This document shows, in pieces, positions 53,391-64,000 of a stretch of 64,000 nucleotides of DNA. A model generated the notes under the pieces. The model was given only the letters and a program-made list of their open reading frames with translations. It did no database searches and had not been told where the DNA came from. The position numbers and the translations under genes were made by a program. Origin of the DNA: Podarcis cretensis (lineage: Eukaryota); the NCBI GenBank assembly GCA_951804945.1, contig OX638149.1, forward strand, positions 93,806,001 to 93,870,000, written 5' to 3'. Each line of letters begins with the position of its first letter. The first letter of the stretch is position 1.

Positions 53391-53426
<36 letters not shown>
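53391..53426 (+). repeat. (TAG)12 microsatellite, probably a retroposon tail
   Basis: Direct reading; preceded by GGGCAGGGTACAAATA. Confidence 0.9.
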
Positions 53427-53428
<2 letters not shown>

Positions 53429-53771
53429 ATGCTAATAATAAATGACCGCATTATTATTATTAGCCAAGCTTTAAATGATCAGCCATTCATTTTTTAAAAA
53501 TATTGTTTATACTGCTTTCACTTGTTTCAGTATTTAAACAGTGTTAGGACTCCCATGATGCCATCTGTTAAGAGAGAACTATCAGAAGAAGCAAGGCGTA
53601 ACAATTGATTATGTTTTTATAATTTAGTTGTACCGCAGGCAATGTGATGTATTACTTTAATGAAGTTAATGCAGCTTTCTTGGTCAAACAAAGCAAAACT
53701 ACGTGAACTCCTGCAACTTGGGGTGGGGGCAGCGAAAGATAAATCTATCCTTTTCTAATGTTTTATATCTG

Positions 53772-53906
53772 CGCTGGGGAATCTGTGGCCCTTCAAAAGA
53801 TGTTGGGACTCCAGCTCCCATCGGCCCAAGGTGACCTGGCCAATGGTGAGGGCCGATGAGTGTGGCAGTCGACCAACATGGGGAGGACTGCTGGTCCCCA
53901 TTACTG
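53772..53906. mobile_element. Degraded palindromic hAT MITE
   Basis: GATGTTGGGACTCCAGCTCCCATC core and decayed inverted ends, similar to the 14.8 kb family. Related decayed copies at ~18590-18700 and ~29887-30002. Confidence 0.55.
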
Positions 53907-54239
53907 GTTTATCTGTAACAGTTTGGAAGTGTGAGGTACATAATGAATATACTAGCTAGATGCCCACAAGCCAGATATGTTCTGTGGCAATCGCTATTCT
54001 GATCACTGCTATCACAATTGACTGGAAGAACCCTTGTAGTATGAAGTGGTGATTCTATAATTCAAACTCGTAATGGGGGGTGTAATGGGGAAGAACCAAG
54101 GGTGGCATTTATTCCAGATTAATTACTCCAATCTATAAGTGAGACTTTGAAAATGATTTCTTTGCCAGTAGTTTCACAGTGTCAGGTTTCCTAGTAAACT
54201 CACTTGGTATTTGAGAAATCCCTCCAGTGACACGATATT

Positions 54240-54410
54240 TATTTTTATTATGCTTCTATCCCTGCCCTTCCTCCAATGAAACGAGAGCAGTATACTTGGC
54301 TTCCCTCTTTTATCCTCACAGCAACCCTAAGAGGTAGACAAGGCTGAGAAATAGTGGCCTCAACTATCCCAGTGAGTTTCATCCCTATGTGGGGATTTGA
54401 ACTAGTGCTC
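54240..54410 (-). mobile_element. Old MIR-like/L2-associated SINE fragment
   Basis: TTTATCCTCACAGCAACCCTAAGAGGTAG...GCTGAGA...GGGGATTTGAAC pattern. Confidence 0.5.
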
Positions 54411-54601
54411 TATACAGCAGAATATTAAAGTTGTAGCAACATTGCTTCTTTTCCTGTAACCTCCGCTTCCTAATTTTAAGTGACTTTTGTGCTCTGTAGG
54501 TGAGTTTGACCAAGAAAGAGGCAATAACAGTCAGCAGACAGATGAAAGGAATAACTTTTCACTCTTCCTGCGTATACAAGATATAAAAGACGTTCAGGTA
54601 C

Positions 54602-54783
54602 CTTGAGCAATTTGCAATCTCTATCCTGGCTCCTTCACAGTCACGTCCACCACACTGAGGCTGAGGGCTGTTACACGACCGCGATCTGCACATGCAGGAG
54701 CCTGTGCTGTCACCATCCGAGTGTTCACACGGTTGCCACGGGGACCAGGCCCCCAACTGGCCATCCACCATCAGATTTTTCAC
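54602..54783 (-). CDS. SEMA5B: SEMA5B exon, TSP1 repeat (182 nt, phase 0-2)
   Basis: ttag|GTG ... TCAAG|gtacct. VKNLMVDGQLGAWSPWQPCEHSDGDSTGSCMCRSRSCNSPQPQCGGRDCEGARIEIANCS(R). Confidence 0.95.
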
Positions 54784-55683
54784 CTAATTTAAATAAAGAG
54801 AAGTCATCACGGTGAGTCTCTGCATCGTAAGTTGCCCATGAGGGCAAAGTTGCAGTCGAGGCAAGGAGATGTCTGAGAATCTTTCCTACCCCTCTCTAGA
54901 AAAACACAATGTCAGTACTCCCTCACAATTCCACGCTGCATACTGCAGGCAGATACTCGTATTTAGAATAACATAAACTAAGGAATGAGCCCTCACTACC
55001 AGGGCCAGCCCTACCATTAAACAGAGGAAGGCTATTCCTGCCTCAGGCAGGAGATGCTGAGGGATGGGCTGTAAGGTGAAACAAGGGACAGAGTTGTGTG
55101 TGCTTTGTGTCCTGCTCTGTACATCCCTAAACTAGCCCACCGCCCTCAGGTGTAGCAGAGAATGCAGTCCTGTTGCCAAACTGAAAGTAATATTCAACTC
55201 ATTCATTCAATCAATCAATCAATTAATCAATCAATCAGATTTTGCATCTGAAAGGGAGAGGGTACCAGCTTGTCCCCTGCCTGAGGCAGCAAAATTTCTT
55301 AGGCCAACCAAGTTCACTACACAGTCACTGTGTGTGCAGGACCCTAGATATAAGTGAATAAATATCCAATGAGAACAGAAGACTTAAATGAACTGCACAT
55401 GTTCTTAAGGTCTGATTCTGAACTCTTCATTTCAGCTGAAATTTAAAAAGCAGTGGCAACCATTTCAGTTTGTGGCTTCCACATTTCAAATCAGCATCAT
55501 TTTGGCCACAGTGCTACATGTGTGTTGTACCAAAGTGCTTCATCTGTGCTAGATAACTTCCGCTACTCCCACAGTGCACCCCTGTGTGATGCTGACTGCA
55601 CACAATATGACGCCGCAGGTACAGAAGGTAAAAAGGATTTGGTTTTGGAGTTCCACACATTCCTCTTAGAAGAAGCTTTTGCC

Positions 55684-56005
55684 CAGGGGCAGGCAACCTA
55701 AGGCCCAGGGCACAGATGTGGCCCAATTGCCTTCTCAATCCAGCCCCCAACGGTCTGGGAATCAGTGTGTTTTTACGTGAGTAGAATATGTCCTTTTATT
55801 TAAAATGCATCTCTGGGTTTTTTGTGGGGCCAGCCTGGTGTTTTTACATGAGTAGAATGTGTGCTTTTATTAAAAATGCATCTCTGGGTTATTTGTGTGG
55901 CATAGGAATTCATTCATTCCTCCCCCCAAAAAATATAGTCCGGCCCACCACATGGTCCGAGGGACGGTGGACTGGCCCACGGCTGAAAAAGGTTGCTGAC
56001 CCCTG
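55684..56005 (+). mobile_element. Non-autonomous hAT (Charlie-type) element with internal tandem duplication
   Basis: TIRs CAGGGGCAGGCAACCT / AGGTTGCTGACCCCTG. 8-bp TSD CTTTTGCC / CTTTTACC (7 of 8 match). A ~64-bp unit is repeated at ~55767-55830 and ~55838-55901. Confidence 0.88.
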
Positions 56006-56612
56006 CTTTTACCTCTCAGGGGAAATAGCACCATCCACAGTTGAAGCAGCAAAGCAAAGCTAGAGGGGCACTTGCCCACAGACCAGCTTGTCAGCTGCCA
56101 TTAATAGTTGTACATGTTTATTTTTGTAGAGAGGCACTTTTTCCATCTCACAAGAGAATCAAAACACTATACCTCTTACCTGAGGCAACTCCAAAAACAC
56201 ACAATGAATTAGTAAGGCATTTAGGTTTACAAATCATAAGTTTCTATCTCCAACTTCCCCGCTCCTCTCTCTTTCTGGCACAGTTAAGCACTCCCTTGGC
56301 TCTTCCCCATCTCAAGACTATGAGAACTGACATGGAAGTAATTTAGGTCTGTCGTTATGCTCATCACACTGTAGTCAGAGGACTTTAAACATCTGTTGCA
56401 AAGCTTTGTTTTCACTACACTCTAATTCAGCAGTACACAAACAATAAGCACCACGGGGGAGTCTTGTGCTGAGATTTCTCCACTCTGGATAATGCTCAGC
56501 TGGACTACTTGGCTTAGTTAGGAACATCACATATTTAAGCAAGATGAAGACAAACTGGGCAAGATTAATAGCAGAAAGATGACATGATTAAATGCTGAAG
56601 AAGCACATAATT

Positions 56613-56690
56613 TTCTTCTTCTTCTTCTTCTTCTTCTTCTTCTTCTTCTTCTTCTTCTTCTTCTTCTTCTTCTTCTTCTTCTTCTTCTTC
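56613..56690 (+). repeat. (TTC)26 microsatellite
   Basis: Direct reading; pure polypurine/polypyrimidine tract. Confidence 0.95.
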
Positions 56691-56829
56691 TCTGGCACAG
56701 AGGAGGATGCTAGGAGGGAAAGCCTTATTGCAGTCCTAACTCTCCCATCTCAGCTAACTTGTCCTTCCTGTAATTAATCGGAGATGGTGCTGGCTGCCCA
56801 TTTAAAGGCTGCATTAAGAGGGGAATTTT

Positions 56830-57178
56830 GGGACGCGGGTGGTGCTGTGGGTTAAACCACAGAGCCTAGGACTTGCCAATCAGAAGGTTGGCGGTTCGAA
56901 ACCCTGTGATGGGGTGAGCTCCCGTTGCTCGGTCCCTGCTCCTGCTAACCTAGCAGTTCGAAATCACATCAAAGTGCAAGTAGATAAATAGGTACCGCTC
57001 CGGCAGGAAGGTAAACGGCGTTTCCGTGCACTGCTCTGGTTCGCCAGAAGCGGCTTAGTCATGCTGGCCACATGACCCGGAAGCTGTACGCCGGCTCCCT
57101 CAGCCAATAAAGCGAGATGAGTGCCGCAACCCGAGTCGGCCACAACTGGACCTAATGGTCAGGGGTCCCTTTACCTTT
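56830..57178 (+). mobile_element. Full-length Sauria SINE, second subfamily
   Basis: GGGACGCGGGTGGTGCTGTGG head, B box and CCTTTACCTTT tail. Perfect 16-bp TSD TTAAGAGGGGAATTTT at 56814-56829 and 57177-57192. Confidence 0.94.
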
Positions 57179-57231
57179 AAGAGGGGAATTTTAGGAAATT
57201 CACAGATCATAGGTCTTACTACTCACAGTGA

Positions 57232-57425
57232 CAATATGCTACCTCCAGTTTCAGAGGCAGCACACCACTGAATACCAGTTCCTGAGAGACCAGATGAGGA
57301 GGGCAATGACTTTCAGGCTCTGCTTGTGGGGTTTTCACCAACCATCATGCTGGCCACTGTGGGAAGCAAGATTCTGGGCTAAGTGAACTCTTGGTCTGAA
57401 CCAGAAGGGTTCTTCTTTTTGTTCT
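57232..57425 (+). mobile_element. Old CR1-type 3' UTR fragment
   Basis: CAGAGGCAG...CTGAATACCAGTT...GGCCACTGTGGGAA...TTGGTCTGA motif series, which recurs in decayed form at ~29660-29830, ~40280-40510 and ~63340-63530. Confidence 0.5.
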
Positions 57426-58014
57426 CAGAAAATAAGCAGGTCAGAATTAATAAAGTAATGGAGAAGTGTCCTGTGTAATTTAGCCCTCTTCTAAAATTGT
57501 GAACTTTCATGTGTAGAGAAGCTTCTGATTTTCCTATGTTTGGGATTTTTCACCAGATTTTATCAGGTCCAATTTACTCTCCTGGTTATGGATCACTCCA
57601 TACCTTCTGTTATTTTTTCCAGCTTGCATTTATTGAATTTGAAGGGATGATAAGTGCACAAGTAGCAGAAGTAGTAGTTTTGTTTTAAAGAAAAGCTTAT
57701 TTACTGGTCTTTGAAATCTATTGTGATAAACGTATGACAACGTCACTCTTTTTCTAGGAAGCCTTGCCAATTTCACCACTATCCTTTGTATACACAGACA
57801 CACAAACCTGAAGTGTTGTTGCATGCACCTGTGGTGGTGCATGAACATGACCTTTTGAAGAAACAAAGTGCTCTTTGTCTTGGAAGGCTGTTTGGGCAAG
57901 GGAGGTGACCCAGCTGCTTCCTTGAGGCAGACAACAACCAATGAGCCTGTCACCACAAACAAGAGAAGGAGATCCATGCATGGAAGAAGGATTTTGTCTG
58001 TATATCATTTATTG

Positions 58015-58133
58015 CAGGCATAGGCAAACTCGGTCCTCCAGATGTTTTGGGACTACAACTCCCATCATCCCTAGCTAACAGGACCAGTGTTGTAGTCCCA
58101 AAACATCTTTAGAGCCGAGTTTGCCTATGCCTG
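58015..58133. mobile_element. Palindromic hAT MITE, same family as 14825-14960, with internal deletion (119 bp)
   Basis: Same TIR. Perfect 8-bp TSD ATTTATTG at 58007-58014 and 58134-58141. Confidence 0.92.
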
Positions 58134-58496
58134 ATTTATTGGATCAAGAACCGTCAAATGTCAATTAGAGGCACATAAATCTCAAACATCAAAGTGGCGC
58201 ATCAGTCACTGATATATGAGCACATATGTGAGAAAGCCACTCAAAATATTACAGCAGGAGGGCCCTATTTATTGGCACTATTAGAAGTACTTGAACCAAT
58301 CCTGTCATGCGACTAGGTAGACAAAGCTATAGCACACCTCCAATCAACTTATTTGTGGCAAGGCAAATAAATTACTTGTGCACATTATTACATATTAACA
58401 CCATGTTTTCAATTTCTCCTAAATTCAGCAATCTGTTTTAACAAGGAGAGAAGAGACAGAGGGCTGGAATTCATGGAATGGGGTGGATTGTGGGAC

Positions 58497-58675
58497 ATGA
58501 AGAAACACAGGAGTCAGACCACCAGGTCCATCGAGCTGGGTATTGCCTACTCCCGACTAGCAGTAGCTCTTCGGGGCTTCAGGCAAAGTTTGCTCCTAGC
58601 CCTTCCTGGAGATGCTGAGCATTGAACCTGGGACCTTCCGCTTGCTAAGCAGATAATCCATCACTGAGCTATGGC
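58497..58675 (-). mobile_element. tRNA-derived SINE (Squam3-like)
   Basis: Reverse complement begins GCCATAGCTCAGTG (A box) and contains GGTCCCAGGTTCAATGC (B box), followed by a CR1-like tail. Confidence 0.6.
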
Positions 58676-61600
58676 TATTCGGATCTCCATTGCGCTCACA
58701 TGTTTTTCCCATCTGCAAAGAGTTTACTTGCATTCTCAAAAGTCTAGCACTGATCATTCAGCCTCCTGAGCATTCTCCACTGATGTGAACAGGGAACTGT
58801 GCTCATGCACAAGATCTGCACCAATGAGTGCAAAGCGAATTTGGATCAGGAAAACGAAAGCTTTCATAAAGATACCAAGCTACTTTGAAATATTTCAGCT
58901 TTTTTTGCTTTAAGATAAGAAGTGAGCGGGGCACAGTTAAAGATGTAACTCTAAGTCCAGATGTGTTCACTTTAATTAAAACAAATCAGGTTTTTTTCTT
59001 AGCTTTTATTTAGGCAGGATGCTTGCTGGGTTTTGTTTTGTTTTAGGAAGTTTTGTTTTATGCTGGATGCTGTTCGGAACAGACTGTTGCAGCCTGCACG
59101 GAACCTCTGATCCAGCAGAGCTGTTCTCATGTACTTTGCTCAGAAATCAAGGACATAATTTGGCGTAGTGCTTTAATTAAGAAGCACAGAAAGAAAAAGA
59201 AAAATACCAGGGAACCCGAGAAACAATTATTGGATTGTAGCTGGCATAGAGAAAGCAACCACATTTTAATTAAACAAACATGGAAAATTTCAAAACAAAT
59301 CAATTTTACATGCGAAAACCTTATTTATTACCCACCACCACCACCTTGAACAACATATGGATTATAATTCCAGCCTTCGGTTTGTAGCAATTTCTTTAGA
59401 ATAAATTGTTTAGGATTCTGATTAAGAAAATATGCACTGTTCTAGCCAGAAAACAGCCCTCCTTAGTGGCTTCTCTGTAGTTCATGCATTGCCAACCAGG
59501 TTTAAACAAAAAGGGGTTGGGGAGAGATTTAAACACCATCTTTAATAGAATTAATTTCTGAAGCCTTGATCCAAGTAATAGAATCCTCCATTAATCACAG
59601 CTGGCTATGTCTTATATGAAGAATAAGAGCCAATTCCTGCATGCTACTCAAAGCATAAATTCCTAATGGATCTCAGAGAAAGGATCTAAAACAAGAATAA
59701 CAATTTATTTTTCAAAAAACAACAACATTAAAGACAGTATCACTTCAGAGATGTGGAGCATTCGCTAGAAAAGCTATTTGAAAAGGTGAGACACCCCTTG
59801 CTCTTCAAGTTCAATGCTTCTTGTCCAAAACCTTCGTATTGCTGCTCCCATGGTTACAACAATCCTCCCATTTACATTCCTATATTTTCAGCCAACATCA
59901 CTACCACAGTGCAGCCTGGACTCCCAAGAGTGTCCTCTTATGACTTCCCTCCCTTAGTGTCTAATTGGAAGTAGCAGCAAAAGGGCCCTATAAAAAGAAT
60001 TTATGAGGCTGCACTAATACACACATTTCCCCCTACAGGCAGAAATATTGCTTTGCTTTATCCTATTTCTCTTCACAAAATGGTACAGGAAAATGAAAAA
60101 TGAGTCAAGGAAATATAGTCTTCTTTTCCGGAGAGGGGAGGAAACCCCCTGTGTGCACCTCATTTTTCAGATTTGTGGTGAAAAGGAAACAGCTAAAACT
60201 TTTATTTTCTCCAGGCTTAATCTCACATGGTCCGAAAAAAGAAGCCCAAAGCCTGCCCCTGATCGCTTCCAGAATAAAGTGGCGGGGCGGGGGGAGATGA
60301 CCCAATATAAGAATTGTGGTGATAAAGTTACTTCTGGATATTCTAAAGCATGGGTGTCACCTTCCAGGTGTTGTTGGGTTCCAGCTCCCAAAAAAGCACA
60401 GGCAAGCACAGGCAATTGTCAATATGATATGAAAACCTTCATTGTGTGTGTCGGCAGGGTTAGGGGGCGGACTAATACTACTAGCAAGAAATGCAAGCTA
60501 CTAAGAATATTAACACATCTGTTCCTCTTATTTTCTCCCTTCTCACTCACCCCTGCTGGGGAGGTAGATGGGAGGATGACTATAGTACATCCTGCCATTA
60601 TTTACTCCAAGGTAGTTGCCTCCTGTATCCATGTTACCTTAGAGCAGCAGGTAGCAGACTTTGACAGAGTGAACCTGTATAATTAAAAAAAAGCAGCAAC
60701 AACAACAACTCTAGAAGTCTCCTCAAGTGTAACATTAAGACACAATAGACAGGCTCTTTTTCCTGGCAGCGTTAGTGTATGCCTTCAACCTAAAGGCAAG
60801 CAGCTCATAGGAGAAGAGTGGGCTCACTGCCACAGCAGATTACAGAAATGTAAATTTCTTGCAGAAGGATTAGGTTACACCATTGAGCTTCCCACTGATT
60901 CTTGGCACAAGTGATGGAGCATGGTGCTTCCCTTTACTACATGGAGGAGATGGGGCTAGCATAGCTTAACACTCTTCATTCTTGCCCAGTGTAGATAAGA
61001 CATGGCAGGTCAAAGTAAATGTATAACATGCAGCTTGGCCCTGGAAGAAGGGGTAGAAGGGCAAGAGAAAACTATTCTTTTGTATCAACCTTAAGCTCCT
61101 AGAGAACACCTGAAGAACCACTGACATAAAGTTAGCGGCCACTAACTTTTGATACCACAACTAAGAATGAAAACTCACGTAGAAGTTGTGAGTTTTCTGA
61201 CTGTGACACAATGTCCCACCTCATTTGTTTTGCAGAGGACCTAAGTGGATGACCAGAGAAGGCTCTCAAGGCACAGTACACAGGGAGACTGCTGAAGCTG
61301 AACTGGTGTGGCTCTGTGGACTGCCTCAACGGAGACCACCTGGGAGCCCCACATATGCTGCTCTGAGTTCTTTGGAGAAAGAGGGGGGAAGAAGTGTAAT
61401 AAATGAGTCATTATTACCCAAGCTGAAAGCCTAAAGTGCATTGGAGTCGCAGGCATCTTGCAGGGGAAGACCGTACTGGAGAGCATATGCTACACCCAGC
61501 AGCCCTTTGCTTCCCTTTACACAACAGTCAGGCTGGCCATGTGCCCTGCATACAACTCCAAGTTACAATCATAATAACAAACTTCAGCAGCTGCAATACC

Positions 61601-62100
61601 ACCCGGACTTCCCCTTCCTTTGACCACAGTCTTCCTTACAGCAGCATTAAGTAATTCGCCACCTGCTGATGGTTAAAGCGATAGCCACATACGGTGCACA
61701 TCAGCACTGTTAAATTAAGTCATAATGTGCTTTGAAGTGATCCATGAAGACTGCCAGTTGGTGTGTTAATGGCTGCTAAAGGTGCCTTTACGACTGCTGC
61801 CCAGGCTGTGCAATGTAAAGGGGGAAGCAAGGGGAGCTGCATTAAGATGGCCCTAATTGGAATGAATGCTGTGGCCTGTATCGCGCGCACACATCTATGA
61901 CTGCTGTAGGGCCTTTAATAACCTACTGTCCCATCTCCCCCTCCCCACCCCCTGTATGTCAACAGGTTCCCCATTCCTCCTCTGCACTGTTAAGAGGTAA
62001 GAAAAAGACAGCACTAGTGACATGTTTGATGCACAAGGCTTGTAAGAGATGTGCACTACTGTTTCTCTTCTTCTTCTTCTTCATCACCATCATCATCAAT

Positions 62101-62640
62101 TTTATTTATACCCCGCCCTCCCCGGCCAAAACTGGGCTCAGAGCAGCTAACATCAAATATATAACATATTAACATAAAATCAGGCAATCAATTAAAATAC
62201 ATCCTAAAATCAAATCAGAATCAAAGTGAAATCCAATCAGATGGCAACCCGCAAATTAGGGCTGGGGACCTTAAATGCTCACCGGTCTATTTGTACTGAT
62301 CTTACATGAGCCTGTGAGGAAAGTTGGGGGCCACTTTCATGCAAGTTCTTATAAGGAGAGAGGGGGAGTCAGACTAGACCCCGGCCAAAGGCCTGGAGGA
62401 ACAGCTCCACCTTGCAGGCCCTGCAGAAAGATGTCAGATCTCGCAGGGCCCTGGTCTCTTGTGGCAGAGCATTCCACAGGTTGGGGCCACGGCTGAAAAG
62501 TCCTCGGCTCTGGTTGAGGCCAGTCTAATCTCCTTGAGGCCCAGGACCTCCAAGATGTTATTATTTTTGGATCATAAGGTCCTCCAACCAGGAGAGGCAA
62601 TCCCATAGGTACAAGGGTCCTAGGCCATATATGCAACTTA
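62101..62640 (-). mobile_element. L2-type LINE 3' fragment
   Basis: TTTATTTATACCCCGCCCTCCCC terminus and AAAGGCCTGGAGGAACAGCTCCACCTTGCAGGCCCTGC...AGAGCATTCCACAGG ORF2-end pattern. Similar decayed pieces at ~49815-50210 (-) and ~15790-16070 (+). Confidence 0.6.
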
Positions 62641-64000
62641 CATTTGAAAGCCACTTGTGATTATACACCTGACTCATACATCAACTTTCCGGCATAAGCT
62701 TTTTGTTGATCCAGTCCCACACACTTTGATAACCTATCAAAATAGTCAGTGTCATACGAAAGAAGGCAACAACAGCACCATGACTGGTGGACTGTGAGGC
62801 CCAGGTCTGGGGCCCTGCACACCTTGGGGTGTCCCATAGTCACTGGCAGATGACAGTGTGGTGGGAAACTGGAGTATTGTTAGCTCTTGGGTGGTTATTC
62901 TGAGGCTGATGTCTGCCAGTCACTGCAATTTCCCTTTTTCTTCCTTTAAGCAAACCAACAACAACATTCAGTTGGGCATGCAATCAGGGAAGCACTGGCA
63001 GAGCTTCCGGTGCACCAAACATCTTCTTTTCCCACACTGTAGTGAAATGAAGGTGATGTGTTGTTCTGGGGGTGTTGGGAGTGTTGGGAGTGGCTGAAGC
63101 TTTAGCACTTCACTGGGCAGAATATAAAGCTGAATGTTTTGTTTTGTTTTTTTAAGAGATAATAATACAAGGATCCCCACTCTTCCTTGCTATGGCCTTG
63201 TGGAGTGGGAGGAGAGGAACAGAGTGAGCAAAGTGGCAGGGGAGGAAGAGAAAGCAGGTGGAGTGGCAGTGTGGGAAGGCAGGATCAGGATAGTGGCCAG
63301 GACGGCACAGCAGAGCTCCTGAAGAAAGAAGCCATGCGGCAAGCGTAAGCTATGGAACGCTCTCCTACAGGAGGCAGTGATGGCCCAATAAGTTAATGCA
63401 TAGCTACTAGTCATGATGCTTTTGTCTCTGTGGTCAGAGGCAGTATGATTCTGAATACCCGTTGCTAGAAACCACAGGAGGGGAGACTGCTCTTGTGCTC
63501 AGGTCCTGCTGGTGAGTTTGGCCACTGTTTTCTTTTTATGTTTTTTAAGGCACTTTTTATGTTCTTACGAGTACAACGACATGGCTGCTACACTTCACAC
63601 CAGCACAACCGACCTCTGGCATCAGATGGTAGCCATGGTAATGGAGGAAAACACAAGATTACAACCATCCAGCATCATTTCCCCACATCAGGGAGGTGTG
63701 AAAACAGACCCGTGGGAAGAGTTGCGCATTTTAAAGAAGAGAAACGTATGAACTAAGCTATAATCATTCACTGCCTGATGTGGAAAGAGCACAATTTCTT
63801 GAGCCAGTGATGCTCCAGTTAACTTTTTTCAGCATGCATCTCTAGGATTCCTCTCTCAAGATATGGTGTACAATAACAACTAAACTTCTAAATTGTCTGC
63901 ATATTAAACATAAACCTTCCCATCCCTGGTGTCATTTCTAAAACTCAAAGGAGTCATGAGGAGCCATTTTCAGCAGTTTTCAAAGACCTTGAAACAAGGA

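Noticed and set aside
25051-54783. Alternative identity as SEMA5A
   Set aside because: The cytoplasmic tail (TPKNEKYTPMEFKTLNKNNLIPDDR) and adjacency to SLC49A4 fit SEMA5B.
55000-55310. Possible Harbinger-like MITE (AGGGCCAGCCCT... / ...GGCCAACC)
   Set aside because: The termini are too decayed to define TIRs or a TSD with confidence.
1-64000. The many 60-210 aa ORFs in the six-frame track (e.g. 60048-60686, 28975-29445, 48458-48895)
   Set aside because: This is intron-rich eukaryotic DNA. These ORFs show no recognisable domains, and many start at non-ATG codons or run through microsatellites or SINEs. Only those overlapping the listed exons, the Tc1 ORF and the decayed L2 fragment are meaningful.
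54784-64000. Searched for the upstream SEMA5B PSI-domain exon (ARDPYCGW motif)
   Set aside because: Not found by eye; it presumably lies beyond the window end.

Overview
Vertebrate genomic DNA, very likely from a squamate (probably a lacertid lizard, inferred from young Sauria/Squam1 SINEs). The window holds the 3' ends of two convergent genes, arranged as I recall them in mammals. On the + strand are the last two coding exons of SLC49A4/DIRC2 (1914-2096 and 4915-5030). On the - strand are the last ten coding exons of SEMA5B (54783 down to 25051). These splice with GT-AG junctions into one uninterrupted 1647-nt frame (548 aa plus stop) covering the thrombospondin type-1 repeats, the transmembrane helix and the cytoplasmic tail. 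The sema/PSI exons were not found and presumably lie beyond 64000. The rest is intron, UTR or intergenic DNA with three full-length Sauria SINEs with TSDs, an internally deleted Tc1 element with an open DNA-binding-domain ORF, Tc1/mariner and hAT MITEs, CR1 and L2 fragments, and microsatellites. Nearly all ORFs in the supplied track are chance ORFs. I found no convincing new biological system. The best leads are the truncated-but-open Tc1 ORF inside SEMA5B, inverted SINE pairs bracketing SEMA5B exons, and some candidate alternative-processing events, all of which need expression data.
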